Of a stretch of 32,000 bases of DNA, positions 18,621 to 28,277 are shown piece by piece. The notes under the pieces are model-generated. The model was not told the origin of the DNA and did no database searches. It saw only the letters and a program-made list of their open reading frames with translations. Positions within the stretch are counted from its first letter, which is position 1. Each line of letters opens with the position of its first letter. Source of the DNA: Nitrosospira multiformis ATCC 25196 (GTDB lineage: Bacteria; Pseudomonadota; Gammaproteobacteria; Burkholderiales; Nitrosomonadaceae); assembly GCF_000196355.1 (NCBI RefSeq), contig NC_007614.1:1680001-1712000 (forward strand), written 5' to 3'. A program made the position numbers and the translations under genes.

Positions 18621-18989
18621 CTAATACTTGCTGCCACCCCCCGAGTCCGCGCCAGATCCACTCCCGTAGCTACCGCCCGCGCCGCCAGCAGAACTACCAC
18701 CTGATGAGTAACCTGTGCTACTGTCGTCTCCCCGCCGATCCATATCCGTGCCCTTTTTGGACCGCTCGCCTTTCTGGCCATACTGACCTTTATCATATTG
18801 ACCTTTTTCTCCGGAGCCGGCGTCATACTGACCTGGCGCCGACTGCATCCCCGGTACTCCCTGACTTGGTGTCCCGGTCGTCGCCCCGGTACCCGTCTGT
18901 GCGTGCAGCATTCCTCCTCCTGCTAGAGCAAATGCCATTGTCGCTAGAGATGAAATAATCGCTTTCTTCAATGTCCAAAACTGTTTCAT
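18621..18989 (-). CDS. Gly/Ser-rich secreted protein (family member 3)
   Basis: Preferred start MKQFWTLKKAIISSLATMAFALAGGGMLHAQ (ATG at 18989, GGGAGA RBS) rather than 19049. C-terminus YSSGGSSAGGAGGSYGSGSGADSGGGSKY. Confidence 0.72.
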   Translation of the reverse strand: MKQFWTLKKAIISSLATMAFALAGGGMLHAQTGTGATTGTPSQGVPGMQSAPGQYDAGSGEKGQYDKGQYGQKGERSKKGTDMDRRGDDSSTGYSSGGSSAGGAGGSYGSGSGADSGGGSKY

Positions 18990-19109
18990 GGAAATCTCCC
19001 GAGAATAAATTTCAGAACGAAAAAAAGTAAGGGGATTCACCTTTTTCACTCAAGGAATCTGAGCAAGCTTCCTATGATTTCGATCGTTTCAGTCACCTGC
19101 CTTGCCATG

Positions 19110-19343
19110 CTACTTGGATGAACTGCCACGGCTTGAAGATGAGCTGCCTCTTCCACCACCATGGGAAGCCTCTCCACCTTTCCGCCCGGCTTCACGAGCC
19201 TCTTCGGAAGAGAACTCATGGGCAGTGCCTTTCGCATGAGCTGCTTTTCCACCTTTACTCGCAATTTCCCGTTGTTTCTCCTGATCCATTGAAGCGAAAC
19301 CCCGCTTGCTGGTATTGCCGCTACCGCTTTTTGATGAAGGCAT
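19110..19343 (-). CDS. KGG-repeat general stress protein (con-10/GsiB-like)
   Basis: GNTSKRGFASMDQEKQREIASKGGKAAHAKGTAHEFSSEEAREAGRKGGEASHGGG contains the canonical KGG repeats. Probable start MPSSKSG at 19343. Confidence 0.88.
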   Translation of the reverse strand: MPSSKSGSGNTSKRGFASMDQEKQREIASKGGKAAHAKGTAHEFSSEEAREAGRKGGEASHGGGRGSSSSSRGSSSK

Positions 19344-19600
19344 GTTTATCTCCTTGTACAAAAATATTGAGAATCCATTGAACATATGCTTCTACCATTC
19401 CAGGCGATCTTCTTTTATGGCCTCGGAAGCCTGATCTCTACCATCCAACGAATTTCAGGAAAAATCTTTGGTGAAACGCAGTTTTCATCTTAGTTGGCGA
19501 ACTGGTTGTTTTATGTACGGAGCCACACATACTCCAAAATCAAACAAGTTATAAAGGATATAAAAGATGAATGCATAACCTGGCTCTACTTGGCAGAGAC

Positions 19601-20500
19601 TCATGAAGATGCGTGACCGTGCGCCGATCCCGATTCTCCCGGTTCATATAAAGTGCCTTGTGGATGTAGCGGGAAGACCCTTTCCCGCTGGCCGCTTCCG
19701 CGCTTGGCGGACATCTTGTCTCCGAAACTCGGAGCAAGCTTGGATATCATCGTGTTGACGACCGCCATTGCACCGACCTTTACGTCACGTCCTCCTTCAG
19801 TAGCTGCTTTCAGTATCGCTTCAGCAACCTGCTCGGGATTGATCAGAGGGGGCGGCAATTTTGGCTCCTTGTCCATATAATTCTTGGCATGCTGCGGAAA
19901 AGGTGTATTCACGGCGGAAGGCTGAATCAGTGTAATCACTACGGGTGCCTTGTCGAATTCCTGGACTTCCACGCGTAATGCATCAGTGAAGCCTTTCACC
20001 GCATGCTTGGATGCGGAATACATTCCCAGAAGAGGCACGATAGCCTCGGAAGTTTCGCTGCCTACATTTATGAGCGCTCCGCCCTGCTTTTTCAGGTAAG
20101 GCAAGGCGGCAAGCGAACCATTGACCACCCCCCAGAAGTTGGTATCGAAAAGACGCCGGCTGTCGGCTTCGTTGACTTCATCGAGACGTCCGTAAATTGC
20201 CACACCTGCGTTATTGATCCAGGTATCGATATGGCCAAAACGGTCAACCGCAGTTTGCGCCGCGAGACGCATTTTTTCCCGATCGGCAACATCCGCGACA
20301 ACATCGATAGCCTCCCCTCCAGTGTTTGCTATCCTTGCAACCAGATGCTCGAGTGTTTTAGCACTACGAGCAATAAGAACGAGCTTTGCCCCCCGTTCTG
20401 CTGCAAGCATTGCTGTAGCAAGGCCTATGCCGCTTGATGCACCGGTAATCACAATCACTTGCTGGTCGAGAGGTTTAAGAGAAGTTTGCATGATTCTCAC
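19601..20500 (-). CDS. SDR family oxidoreductase
   Basis: VIVITGASSGIGLATAMLAAERGAKLVLIAR (TGxxxGxG), NNAGVA, and catalytic YSASKHAVKGFTDALR. The start may be slightly internal (MQTSLKP). Confidence 0.94.
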   Translation of the reverse strand: MRIMQTSLKPLDQQVIVITGASSGIGLATAMLAAERGAKLVLIARSAKTLEHLVARIANTGGEAIDVVADVADREKMRLAAQTAVDRFGHIDTWINNAGVAIYGRLDEVNEADSRRLFDTNFWGVVNGSLAALPYLKKQGGALINVGSETSEAIVPLLGMYSASKHAVKGFTDALRVEVQEFDKAPVVITLIQPSAVNTPFPQHAKNYMDKEPKLPPPLINPEQVAEAILKAATEGGRDVKVGAMAVVNTMISKLAPSFGDKMSAKRGSGQRERVFPLHPQGTLYEPGESGSAHGHASS

Positions 20501-20802
20501 CTTGAAAAAATGACATGGGAAAAATCAGGTAATGCATCAAGGCTAGAAGCTGTCGCATATTTCGACTGTGCAGAATCGCACATAGCGGGTACCCGAAATC
20601 CACGGGAGCAAGAGTGCTTACCCCTCCTTAACGGAAGGGTGTCGAGCCATAGGTGATGAAACAGCTCGAAAAGCGGGATTCACAAAGGTGAGGCCCAATT
20701 AAACTTTCATGTGATTGGGCCAGGGAAGCCTGGCATGACGATAAACAGTTCGGTCACCCGAATCGAAGACCAGCCGGGTAATCCCGAAGACAAAACACGC
20801 AG

Positions 20803-23244
20803 TTAGATCGAAGCAATCAGTTCTGTCAGAACTTTGAAGTTTACCGGTTTGGTCAGATGATGATCGAAGCCGCTCTCGTGCGACAGCTGCCGGTCTTTTT
20901 CCTGGCCCCAGCCGGTCAGCGCGATGAGCTTTATATTGTTGAATTGCGGCTGCACCCGAATACGTCGTGCCACTTCGTTACCATCCATCCCCGGCATACC
21001 GATATCCATCAAAACGACATCAGGCAGATAATGGGGAAGCGTGGCAAGTGCGGCAGGCCCGCTATCTACTGCTTTGACATCCACTCCCATTGATTGCAAC
21101 AACATACACAGGACCTCCGCGGCGTCCTGATTGTCATCGACCACCAGCACGCGCAGTTCCTGCGGGGCGAATGCCACCTTCTCGGATTGACCGCTTTTTC
21201 CACTTGTAGTGATCTCGGACAAAGGCAGGCGCACTGTGAATTCACTGCCTTTATCCTTTCCTTCACTCGAGGCCTCGACACTACCGCCGTGCATCTGGAC
21301 AAGGCGGTCCACCAGGTTGAGGCCAATCCCTAGTCCCTCCTGAGTGCCCATGCCGCTGCGCCGCTCCTGCGCAAACATATCGAATAAACGCGGCAGCATT
21401 CCCGGTAATATTCCTATACCATTGTCCTTCACGGATACGACAGCTTTATGATCTTCCTGGCGGGCGGTAAGCCATATCTTTCCCCCTCTCCCGGTGTAGC
21501 GCACAGCATTGTTGAGCAGATTCGCGAAGATCTGTTCCAGACGCACCGTGTCGCCATACACAATCAAAGGCGTATCGGTGATGGATATGCTCAATTCGAG
21601 CTCCTTTTCCCTTATCTGTTCCATGCTGGCCTCGGCTGCATTGCGCAAGACAATGGCCAGATCAGTGGGTTTCTGGCGCAATTCGACCTTTCCGCTGGTG
21701 ATCCGCGATATCTCCAGGAGATCATCCACCAGTCGAACCATGTAGTTGACCTGCCGGTTGATGACAGGCAGCAGACGAGGTATTTCGGCTGCTCCATCGG
21801 GGCCTGCAATGAGTGTCAGCGCGCTGGCAATCGGGGCGAGCGGATTACGCAACTCATGTGCGAGCGTAGCGAGAAACTCATCCTTCCGACGGTCGGCCTC
21901 CAGCAGAGCGGTTTCTGCAGCTACTGCTTCAGTAATATCTATCGATATGCCCACATGCCCCGCGTACTCATCCCTGACGGTAAACCACGGCAAGGCATAC
22001 GATTTCAGCCAGCGCCACTCCCCCTCGGCTGTCCTGGCGCGGACCCGCTGTCTCAAGTGCGCCCGGTCATGTAGCGCCCGCTCGAACGCGGCAACATATG
22101 CAGGGGCATCGTCAGGATGAAGAAGCTCGCGCCATCCGGTCGGCATCAGCTCTTCCAGACTCTTCCCGAACATGTACTGGTAGCGCTGGTTGAGATAAAC
22201 CGCATTTCCTTGTGGATCCACCTGCCAGATCAGGGCTGGGGAAGCCTCCGCCAGCGCACGGAATCTTGCCTCGCTCTCGCGCAGGCTATGTTCGACGCGT
22301 TTGCGTTCCGTTATGTCGACCACATATGCTACCGCCTCGTTGCCGAGGAGTTGCTTCATCGCGATTAATGCCCACCACCGGGACCCATCCTTGCGAAATA
22401 ATTCCTTTTCATGAGGGGCCACTCGCCCCATTGCCTTGAGTTCCTCTGCAGCCCGGGAAGTACTCATTCGCCACTCCGGCGGGATTAGCTCATCGCATCG
22501 CAGCGCCCCTGCTCGCTCATCGTCCCGACTGAAGCCACTCATCTCCAGGAAGGCATCGTTCGCTTCAGTAATCCGATTTTCGCTATCGAAGAAAATGATT
22601 CCGACAGTCTCGATCTCGAGAGCCTGGCAGAAGCGCTGTTCGCTCTCACGCAGCGCCTGCTCAGCCAAGGCCTCCTTGAACCTGATTTTCTTCGCTTCAT
22701 GAGCACGTGCCCGGACAAGCTCTGTTGTCTCGGTTACCGTCACAAGTACACCCGACACTCCGGTTTGCTTCGCATCTGGGGAAACCTCCCTGGAAAAGCT
22801 GTCCTTGATATCGGGAACGGGGCTGTAGGTAAGTTTGAAAAAAGCCTCTTCGGGACTTCCGGTGCGATTAATGACAAGCGGTTGATCATCAAAGCTGAAG
22901 GATTGGCGCCGCTCCATCACCCCCTCACAGATGGGCGCAAGAAAATGCCATACCTCCGGCCAACACTCCGAAACAGGTTGCCCCAATCCATCCGGATGCT
23001 TGGCGCCCATCAGATTGCGATAACCATCATTATAGATCTGTATCAGCTTTGGTCCCCACAGTAACAGGACGGCCGACGGCATCAGCAATATCATGTTGAC
23101 TGCGAATCGAAGAGCAGGTGACCATGCCGATATAGGCCCAAGACTCGAATCGATCCAATCATGGGTAAAAATCAGTGCCCCCATCTCGCTGCCTTGCAGC
23201 CACCCCGGCAGTTCTGCACAGCTTGTGGTTTCCCGCTCGTTCAT
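20803..23244 (-). CDS. PAS-containing hybrid histidine kinase with C-terminal receiver domain
   Basis: PAS regions, HisKA box (FLATLAHELRNPLAP), HATPase (NLLNNAVRYTGRGG; SVKDNGIGI; GLGIGLNLVDRLV) and REC (VLVVDDNQDAAEVL...VVLMDIGMPGMDG). ATG at 23244 (MNERETTS) has a better context than the listed 23310. Confidence 0.94.
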   Translation of the reverse strand: MNERETTSCAELPGWLQGSEMGALIFTHDWIDSSLGPISAWSPALRFAVNMILLMPSAVLLLWGPKLIQIYNDGYRNLMGAKHPDGLGQPVSECWPEVWHFLAPICEGVMERRQSFSFDDQPLVINRTGSPEEAFFKLTYSPVPDIKDSFSREVSPDAKQTGVSGVLVTVTETTELVRARAHEAKKIRFKEALAEQALRESEQRFCQALEIETVGIIFFDSENRITEANDAFLEMSGFSRDDERAGALRCDELIPPEWRMSTSRAAEELKAMGRVAPHEKELFRKDGSRWWALIAMKQLLGNEAVAYVVDITERKRVEHSLRESEARFRALAEASPALIWQVDPQGNAVYLNQRYQYMFGKSLEELMPTGWRELLHPDDAPAYVAAFERALHDRAHLRQRVRARTAEGEWRWLKSYALPWFTVRDEYAGHVGISIDITEAVAAETALLEADRRKDEFLATLAHELRNPLAPIASALTLIAGPDGAAEIPRLLPVINRQVNYMVRLVDDLLEISRITSGKVELRQKPTDLAIVLRNAAEASMEQIREKELELSISITDTPLIVYGDTVRLEQIFANLLNNAVRYTGRGGKIWLTARQEDHKAVVSVKDNGIGILPGMLPRLFDMFAQERRSGMGTQEGLGIGLNLVDRLVQMHGGSVEASSEGKDKGSEFTVRLPLSEITTSGKSGQSEKVAFAPQELRVLVVDDNQDAAEVLCMLLQSMGVDVKAVDSGPAALATLPHYLPDVVLMDIGMPGMDGNEVARRIRVQPQFNNIKLIALTGWGQEKDRQLSHESGFDHHLTKPVNFKVLTELIASI

Positions 23245-23710
23245 CCCTTCCTCTTTCTGACACAATATTGATATTACGCATTGTGGAGAACCCTGTTCAA
23301 AGCCTAGCATAACTCACGCTCCGAAGCCTGAAAGAAGCTCTCCAAATTTCGGATTCCTGGCTGACTTCAATATGATCTGGAGCGCTCTAATGCGAATATC
23401 CATAAAATCGCTCCGGTTCTCGCCACACCATACACAAGGAACACCTTCCCCTCCTTCTGCGCACAACACGACATCAACAAGGCAGGCCTCCCTCAAGTCC
23501 TGCTTGAATCATTCACGGCCGCCGGCGGCAGAGGCGGAGGAAGAGGCAGGCTTGAGTTTGCAGGGACTCCAATAAATTAGTAAAACCTCCTCTATATATG
23601 GCTGTCAAAACTCTTGAACAGATCAGTTTACACGCATGCCTGCTGCCGGTGATTACCGCTTTAAGCCACCCTGGTTTGGACAAACTTCATAAAGGGGAAT
23701 AAAACAGCAA

Positions 23711-25801
23711 ATGGATAATAATGATGAAAGCCTGCCGCCCTCGGTTACCTTGCATACAAACGCCGTACTTCACGCCGGGCAACAGGTCGAGCATGAGCTT
23801 CAGCGGGTCAAAAGGGCCCTTGAGGATAAAACGAAACAGCTTGATGAGTCACTATCTATCCTGCGAGCAACCATAGAATCCACTGCCGACGGAATACTGG
23901 TTACCGACGAGTATGGCCATATGCTTCGCTACAACGAACGATATCTGCAGATGTGGCAGATTAAGCTCCCCGATATCGTTGAATTGCATCAACATAGGCA
24001 ATTGCAGAAACTTAGTTGCAAGTACTTGGCGGACCCGAAGCAATATCTTGAGAGAATAGAGGAAATATATGATGCCTGGCCGCCCGAAACATACGACTTG
24101 CTGGAACTTACCGATGGCCGGATATTTGAACGGTATTCGAAGATTCAGTATGCAGAGGACCTGTGTGTAGGCCGCGTATGGAGCTTTAGAGATATCACGG
24201 CCCGTAAACATGCCGAAGAGGCGCTGCAGGAAAGCACCGAGCGTCTCCACTTCATGGCTGAGGCCATGCCGCAGAAAATATTCACTGCGCGCGCCGATGG
24301 GGCCGTGGATTATTTCAATCAGCAATGGAAAGATTACACCGGTCTTGCCCGCGAGAAAATGCAGGGTTGGGAATGGATCAAGCTCATCCATCCTGACGAC
24401 GCCCCGGAGTGCGTGCGGCGCTGGCAGCACTCGCTTAACACAGGGGAGCATCTGCAGATGGAGTGCCGTTTCCGCCAAGCGAACGGCACTTACCGCTGGC
24501 ACCTGCTTCAGGCACAGGCGCGGCGCGATACGAAAGGGTATATATCCATGTGGGTCGGTTCGAACACGGATATCGACACGCTAAAACGCGCAGACGAAGA
24601 GAAAAAACAGCTCCTTGAGAATGAACGGATTGCGCGAAGCGAAGCCGAACGCGCGAACCGCATCAAGGATGATTTCCTGGCAACCCTATCCCATGAACTT
24701 AGAACACCGCTTAATGCCATCCTTGGATGGTCACAGCTCATCTTGCAGGGGACAATGAAAAACGAAGACATTCAAAGGGGTCTGGAAACCATCGAGCGAA
24801 ACGCCCGGGCACAGAATAAGCTTATCGAAGATCTTCTGGAAATGAGCAGCATCATTTCTAACAAAATCCGATTGGATATGCAGGAATGGGACCTTGGCGC
24901 AATAGCCGAGGCAGCAGTCGAATCTGTTGCACCTGCAGCCGAGGCTAAAGGAATATGTATCCGAAGAACAATCGATGCCACTGCAGGACGGGTTCTAGGG
25001 GATAACCATCGCCTTCAGCAGATAATATGGAACCTTCTTTCCAATGCCGTCAAGTTTACGCCTGACGGCGGTACCGTAGAGGTAATCGTGGAACGCGCCG
25101 CATCGCAGCTTAGGGTCATCGTAAAAGATTCCGGGGTGGGTATCAAACCTGAATTCCTGGCGTATGTTTTTGACCGCTTCCGGCAAGCCGACTCTTCCCT
25201 CACCCGGAATCATGGCGGCCTGGGCTTGGGACTTGCCATCGTGAAGCAGCTTGTGGGGCTGCATGGTGGAACGGTTTGCGCAGAGAGCAAGGGGGAAGGT
25301 CAGGGCGCCTCATTTTGCGTTACCTTACCGCCTGCCCCGATCAAGGACGGCATGGACAGACAACTGCTGCCTGATGCCAAACCTTCCCAGAAGGATGGCA
25401 ATATCCTTCTCTCAGGGATGAGGATTCTCGTCATTGATGACGAACGGGACTCGCGTGAGCTCATCCATAAAGTGCTCGCGCAGCACCGGGTTGAAGTCAT
25501 TACCGCGGCAAACGCCATGGAAGGACTGTTGATACTGAAAAGCCAGATGCCGGATGTAATGATCAGTGATATTGGCATGCCGGGAAAAGACGGCTACCAG
25601 TTTATTCGCGAAGTGAGAAGACTTCCTGCAATCCAGGGAGGAGAGATACCGGCAATCGCACTGAGCGCATTTGCGCATCCGGAAGACCGTACCTGCGCAA
25701 TGATGGCGGGTTACCAGATGCATCTCTCCAAACCCGTGGAATCAAAAGAACTGATCGCTTCCATCGGAAGCCTGATGGCGCGAGCAAAAACAGCGAGTTG
25801 A
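23711..25801 (+). CDS. PAS-containing hybrid histidine kinase with C-terminal receiver (tandem paralogue A)
   Basis: PAS (ATIESTADGILVTDEYGHMLRYNERYLQMW), second PAS (IFTARADGAVDYFNQQWKDYTG), HisKA (FLATLSHELRTPLNAILGWSQL), HATPase and REC (ILVIDDERDS...VMISDIGMPGKDG). Confidence 0.95.
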   Translation: MDNNDESLPPSVTLHTNAVLHAGQQVEHELQRVKRALEDKTKQLDESLSILRATIESTADGILVTDEYGHMLRYNERYLQMWQIKLPDIVELHQHRQLQKLSCKYLADPKQYLERIEEIYDAWPPETYDLLELTDGRIFERYSKIQYAEDLCVGRVWSFRDITARKHAEEALQESTERLHFMAEAMPQKIFTARADGAVDYFNQQWKDYTGLAREKMQGWEWIKLIHPDDAPECVRRWQHSLNTGEHLQMECRFRQANGTYRWHLLQAQARRDTKGYISMWVGSNTDIDTLKRADEEKKQLLENERIARSEAERANRIKDDFLATLSHELRTPLNAILGWSQLILQGTMKNEDIQRGLETIERNARAQNKLIEDLLEMSSIISNKIRLDMQEWDLGAIAEAAVESVAPAAEAKGICIRRTIDATAGRVLGDNHRLQQIIWNLLSNAVKFTPDGGTVEVIVERAASQLRVIVKDSGVGIKPEFLAYVFDRFRQADSSLTRNHGGLGLGLAIVKQLVGLHGGTVCAESKGEGQGASFCVTLPPAPIKDGMDRQLLPDAKPSQKDGNILLSGMRILVIDDERDSRELIHKVLAQHRVEVITAANAMEGLLILKSQMPDVMISDIGMPGKDGYQFIREVRRLPAIQGGEIPAIALSAFAHPEDRTCAMMAGYQMHLSKPVESKELIASIGSLMARAKTAS

Positions 25802-26111
25802 CGCGGAAGGAACGTGACACTGGGTTAATACTCCGGCCAACTCCGATTGCATCGCACGATGGTCTCTATAATATTGCCACGTTTACCCGCTTAACGTGGT
25901 ACAGTACATGTTATGCTGCTGTATCCTCACCGCATTGCAAGAACAGTCCGCAGCAAGCTCCCTTTGCTCAGTAGCATTGTACTTCATTTCATTTACTTCA
26001 GTCGTTACACCCGTTCCATTCAATGTTCCACCCCCCCGAGGTTTGGGCCTGTAGCTTCATATAGGGATTCCCTGATTGTAGTGCGATCAGTCTTTCCAGA
26101 AAGGATAGCCC

Positions 26112-27932
26112 ATGTCAAAAAAGAATAATGAAGACGCTTTACTGCAATCGGTTGCTTTACAAACTGCCCAGACAATTTTGAGAGCCCGCCTTCGGGCCGA
26201 GCGCGTTCTTGAGCAAGCAAAATTAGACTTGCAAGATAAGGCAAGACAACTGGATCATTCGCTCACCATTCTTCGTGCTACAAGTACTGTGGAAAGGGAA
26301 AGATCGGAGTTAAGGAAAATGCCCGCGCCTCTATACCAGGAAGCATACAAGCGGAAAGCGGAATGTCGGACGTGCGTTGTCGCTGAAAAAACTCCTCTAA
26401 AAATATTCACTGCGCGCATCGATGGCACCAAGGATTACTTTAACGAAAGCTGGTTTGAATATACGGGGGTGGGCCTGGGGAAGTTGTTAGGCTGGGCATG
26501 GGTTGATCTTATTCACATCGAGGACATAGAAGAGAATTTAAAACGGTGGAAGCAATCCCTCCGGACCGGCGAGTCGTTCTGGATGGAAAATCGGATCAGA
26601 CAGGCAACGGGCAACTATCGCTGGCATTCATCCTGCGCCACACCAATTCGTAATGCTGGCGGCGGGATCTGGATGTGGGTGGGATATTGTATGGATATCC
26701 ACGAAACAAAGATGAAAACCGAAGAACTGGGACGCTTTCTTGCAAAAGAGCGGGAAATGCGTAAAGACGCAGAGCGTGTCAATCACTCCAAAGACGAGTT
26801 CTTCGCAATGCTGTCACATGAATTGAGGAACCCGCTCAATGCCATTCTCGGATGGTCCCAGCTTATTTTACAGGGAACAATGAATAGCGAGAGTGTTCGT
26901 AAAGGAATTGAGACCATTGAGCGAAACGCCAAGATCCAAAATAAGCTCATCGAGGATCTTTTCGAAATGAGCAGGATCACTGCCGGGAAAGTTACCTTGG
27001 AACTGCTGAGAATCGATCTCTCAAGTCTTACGGAAGCCGTTGTGGATTCGGCAGTACCGGTGGCGGAAGCAAAAAAAGTTCGGCTGCGAAAAATAATCGA
27101 TTCCGAGGTGGGATTTGTCCTGGCCGACGAAAATCGATTTCAGCAAGTCCTGTGGAATTTACTGTCTAATGCCATAAAATTTACCCCCGCGGAAGGAGAA
27201 GTAGAAATCCATGTTCGGAGGGCAGGTTCTCGCGCTGAAGTAAAGGTAAAGGATTCGGGAATCGGCATTAAACGAGAGTTTCTGCCACACGTTTTTGATC
27301 GCTTCCGCCAGGCTGATTCCCCCGCCAGTCGGCAGCAGATCGGGCTCGGTCTGGGACTTGCCATTGTGAAGGAGCTAGTCTTGCTTCACAGAGGCACCGT
27401 GATTGCCGAAAGCAATGGAGAAGGTAAAGGTTCAGTTTTTACTGTCAGCCTTCCTTTGATCCAGCATCGCGATACGGGAAGCGGAATCGAGAATCAAACC
27501 GATATTTTGTTAGAGTGCGACACACGTCTCCCGCTCACCGGCCTCACGCTTCTGGTCATCGATGATGAAAGAGATTCTCTTGAAGTTGCGAAAGAGGCCC
27601 TTACAACGCAAGGTGGCACAGTAATTATTGCGGGCGGTGCTGCAGAAGGCCTGGAAATTCTAAAAGCAAAGAGACCGGATGTGATAATTTGCGATATCAG
27701 TATGCCAGGCAAAAATGGATATCAGTTCATCCGGGAAGTAAGAAGCATGCCAAAAACCACCCACTCATCTACACCGGCAATTGCGCTTACCGGCTTTGCA
27801 CGTCCCGAAGACCGGACAAAAGCGATGATTGCAGGCTACCAGAAACATATCATCAAGCCCCTGAACACGACCAAATTGGTTGCGGTCATTACAGACCTCG
27901 TGCCTCTCGTGCCAGACCAATCCCTCTCATAA
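26112..27932 (+). CDS. PAS-containing hybrid histidine kinase with C-terminal receiver (tandem paralogue B, shorter N-terminus)
   Basis: Same architecture from IFTARIDGTKDYFNESWFEYTG onward: HisKA (FAMLSHELRNPLNAILGWSQL), HATPase and REC (LLVIDDERDS...VIICDISMPGKNG). Confidence 0.95.
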   Translation: MSKKNNEDALLQSVALQTAQTILRARLRAERVLEQAKLDLQDKARQLDHSLTILRATSTVERERSELRKMPAPLYQEAYKRKAECRTCVVAEKTPLKIFTARIDGTKDYFNESWFEYTGVGLGKLLGWAWVDLIHIEDIEENLKRWKQSLRTGESFWMENRIRQATGNYRWHSSCATPIRNAGGGIWMWVGYCMDIHETKMKTEELGRFLAKEREMRKDAERVNHSKDEFFAMLSHELRNPLNAILGWSQLILQGTMNSESVRKGIETIERNAKIQNKLIEDLFEMSRITAGKVTLELLRIDLSSLTEAVVDSAVPVAEAKKVRLRKIIDSEVGFVLADENRFQQVLWNLLSNAIKFTPAEGEVEIHVRRAGSRAEVKVKDSGIGIKREFLPHVFDRFRQADSPASRQQIGLGLGLAIVKELVLLHRGTVIAESNGEGKGSVFTVSLPLIQHRDTGSGIENQTDILLECDTRLPLTGLTLLVIDDERDSLEVAKEALTTQGGTVIIAGGAAEGLEILKAKRPDVIICDISMPGKNGYQFIREVRSMPKTTHSSTPAIALTGFARPEDRTKAMIAGYQKHIIKPLNTTKLVAVITDLVPLVPDQSLS

Positions 27933-27942
27933 TTCATCTCTT

Positions 27943-27975
27943 TATGGAAGCTCAATAAGTTTTTTTGCTTCCATA
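27943..27975. other. perfect 9-bp inverted repeat directly after the kinase gene
   Basis: TATGGAAGC-(15 nt, T-rich)-GCTTCCATA, starting about 10 bp after the stop codon at 27932. Confidence 0.5.
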
Positions 27976-28277
27976 TTAGATAAGAATTCTCCCCCTTATC
28001 ACCCAGGCCCCAAGGCTCAGGGACGTAATTCCGTTTACGCCGCTTGAACGGATTCTTCTTGAATTTCCTGACATTCCAGGCACTTTCCTGCCTAATCTCC
28101 TGTCGTAGCTAGCTCAACCCCCAGTTCTGCGGGGGGCTTGAAAAAATTACGCCAGAACCCAGATAATAGGTATATGGCATAGCCTCGACTTCAGGCATCA
28201 ATGCGAAGCCAGAAGGAGACAGAAAACTTAATTTAATGGATTATTGAAAAACACAGCTATAACGGGACTTGAAATAT

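Noticed and set aside
21448-22074. 208-aa plus-strand ORF within the kinase gene
   Set aside because: Antisense to the conserved HisKA/HATPase and PAS coding sequence of a clearly real kinase. Its length reflects codon bias of the sense gene.
28117-28140. CCCCCAGTTCTGCGGGGGG hairpin upstream of the MetE-like gene, considered as a riboswitch or terminator
   Set aside because: The stem is short and not followed by a T run on the plus strand, and I could not identify SAM or cobalamin riboswitch core motifs nearby.
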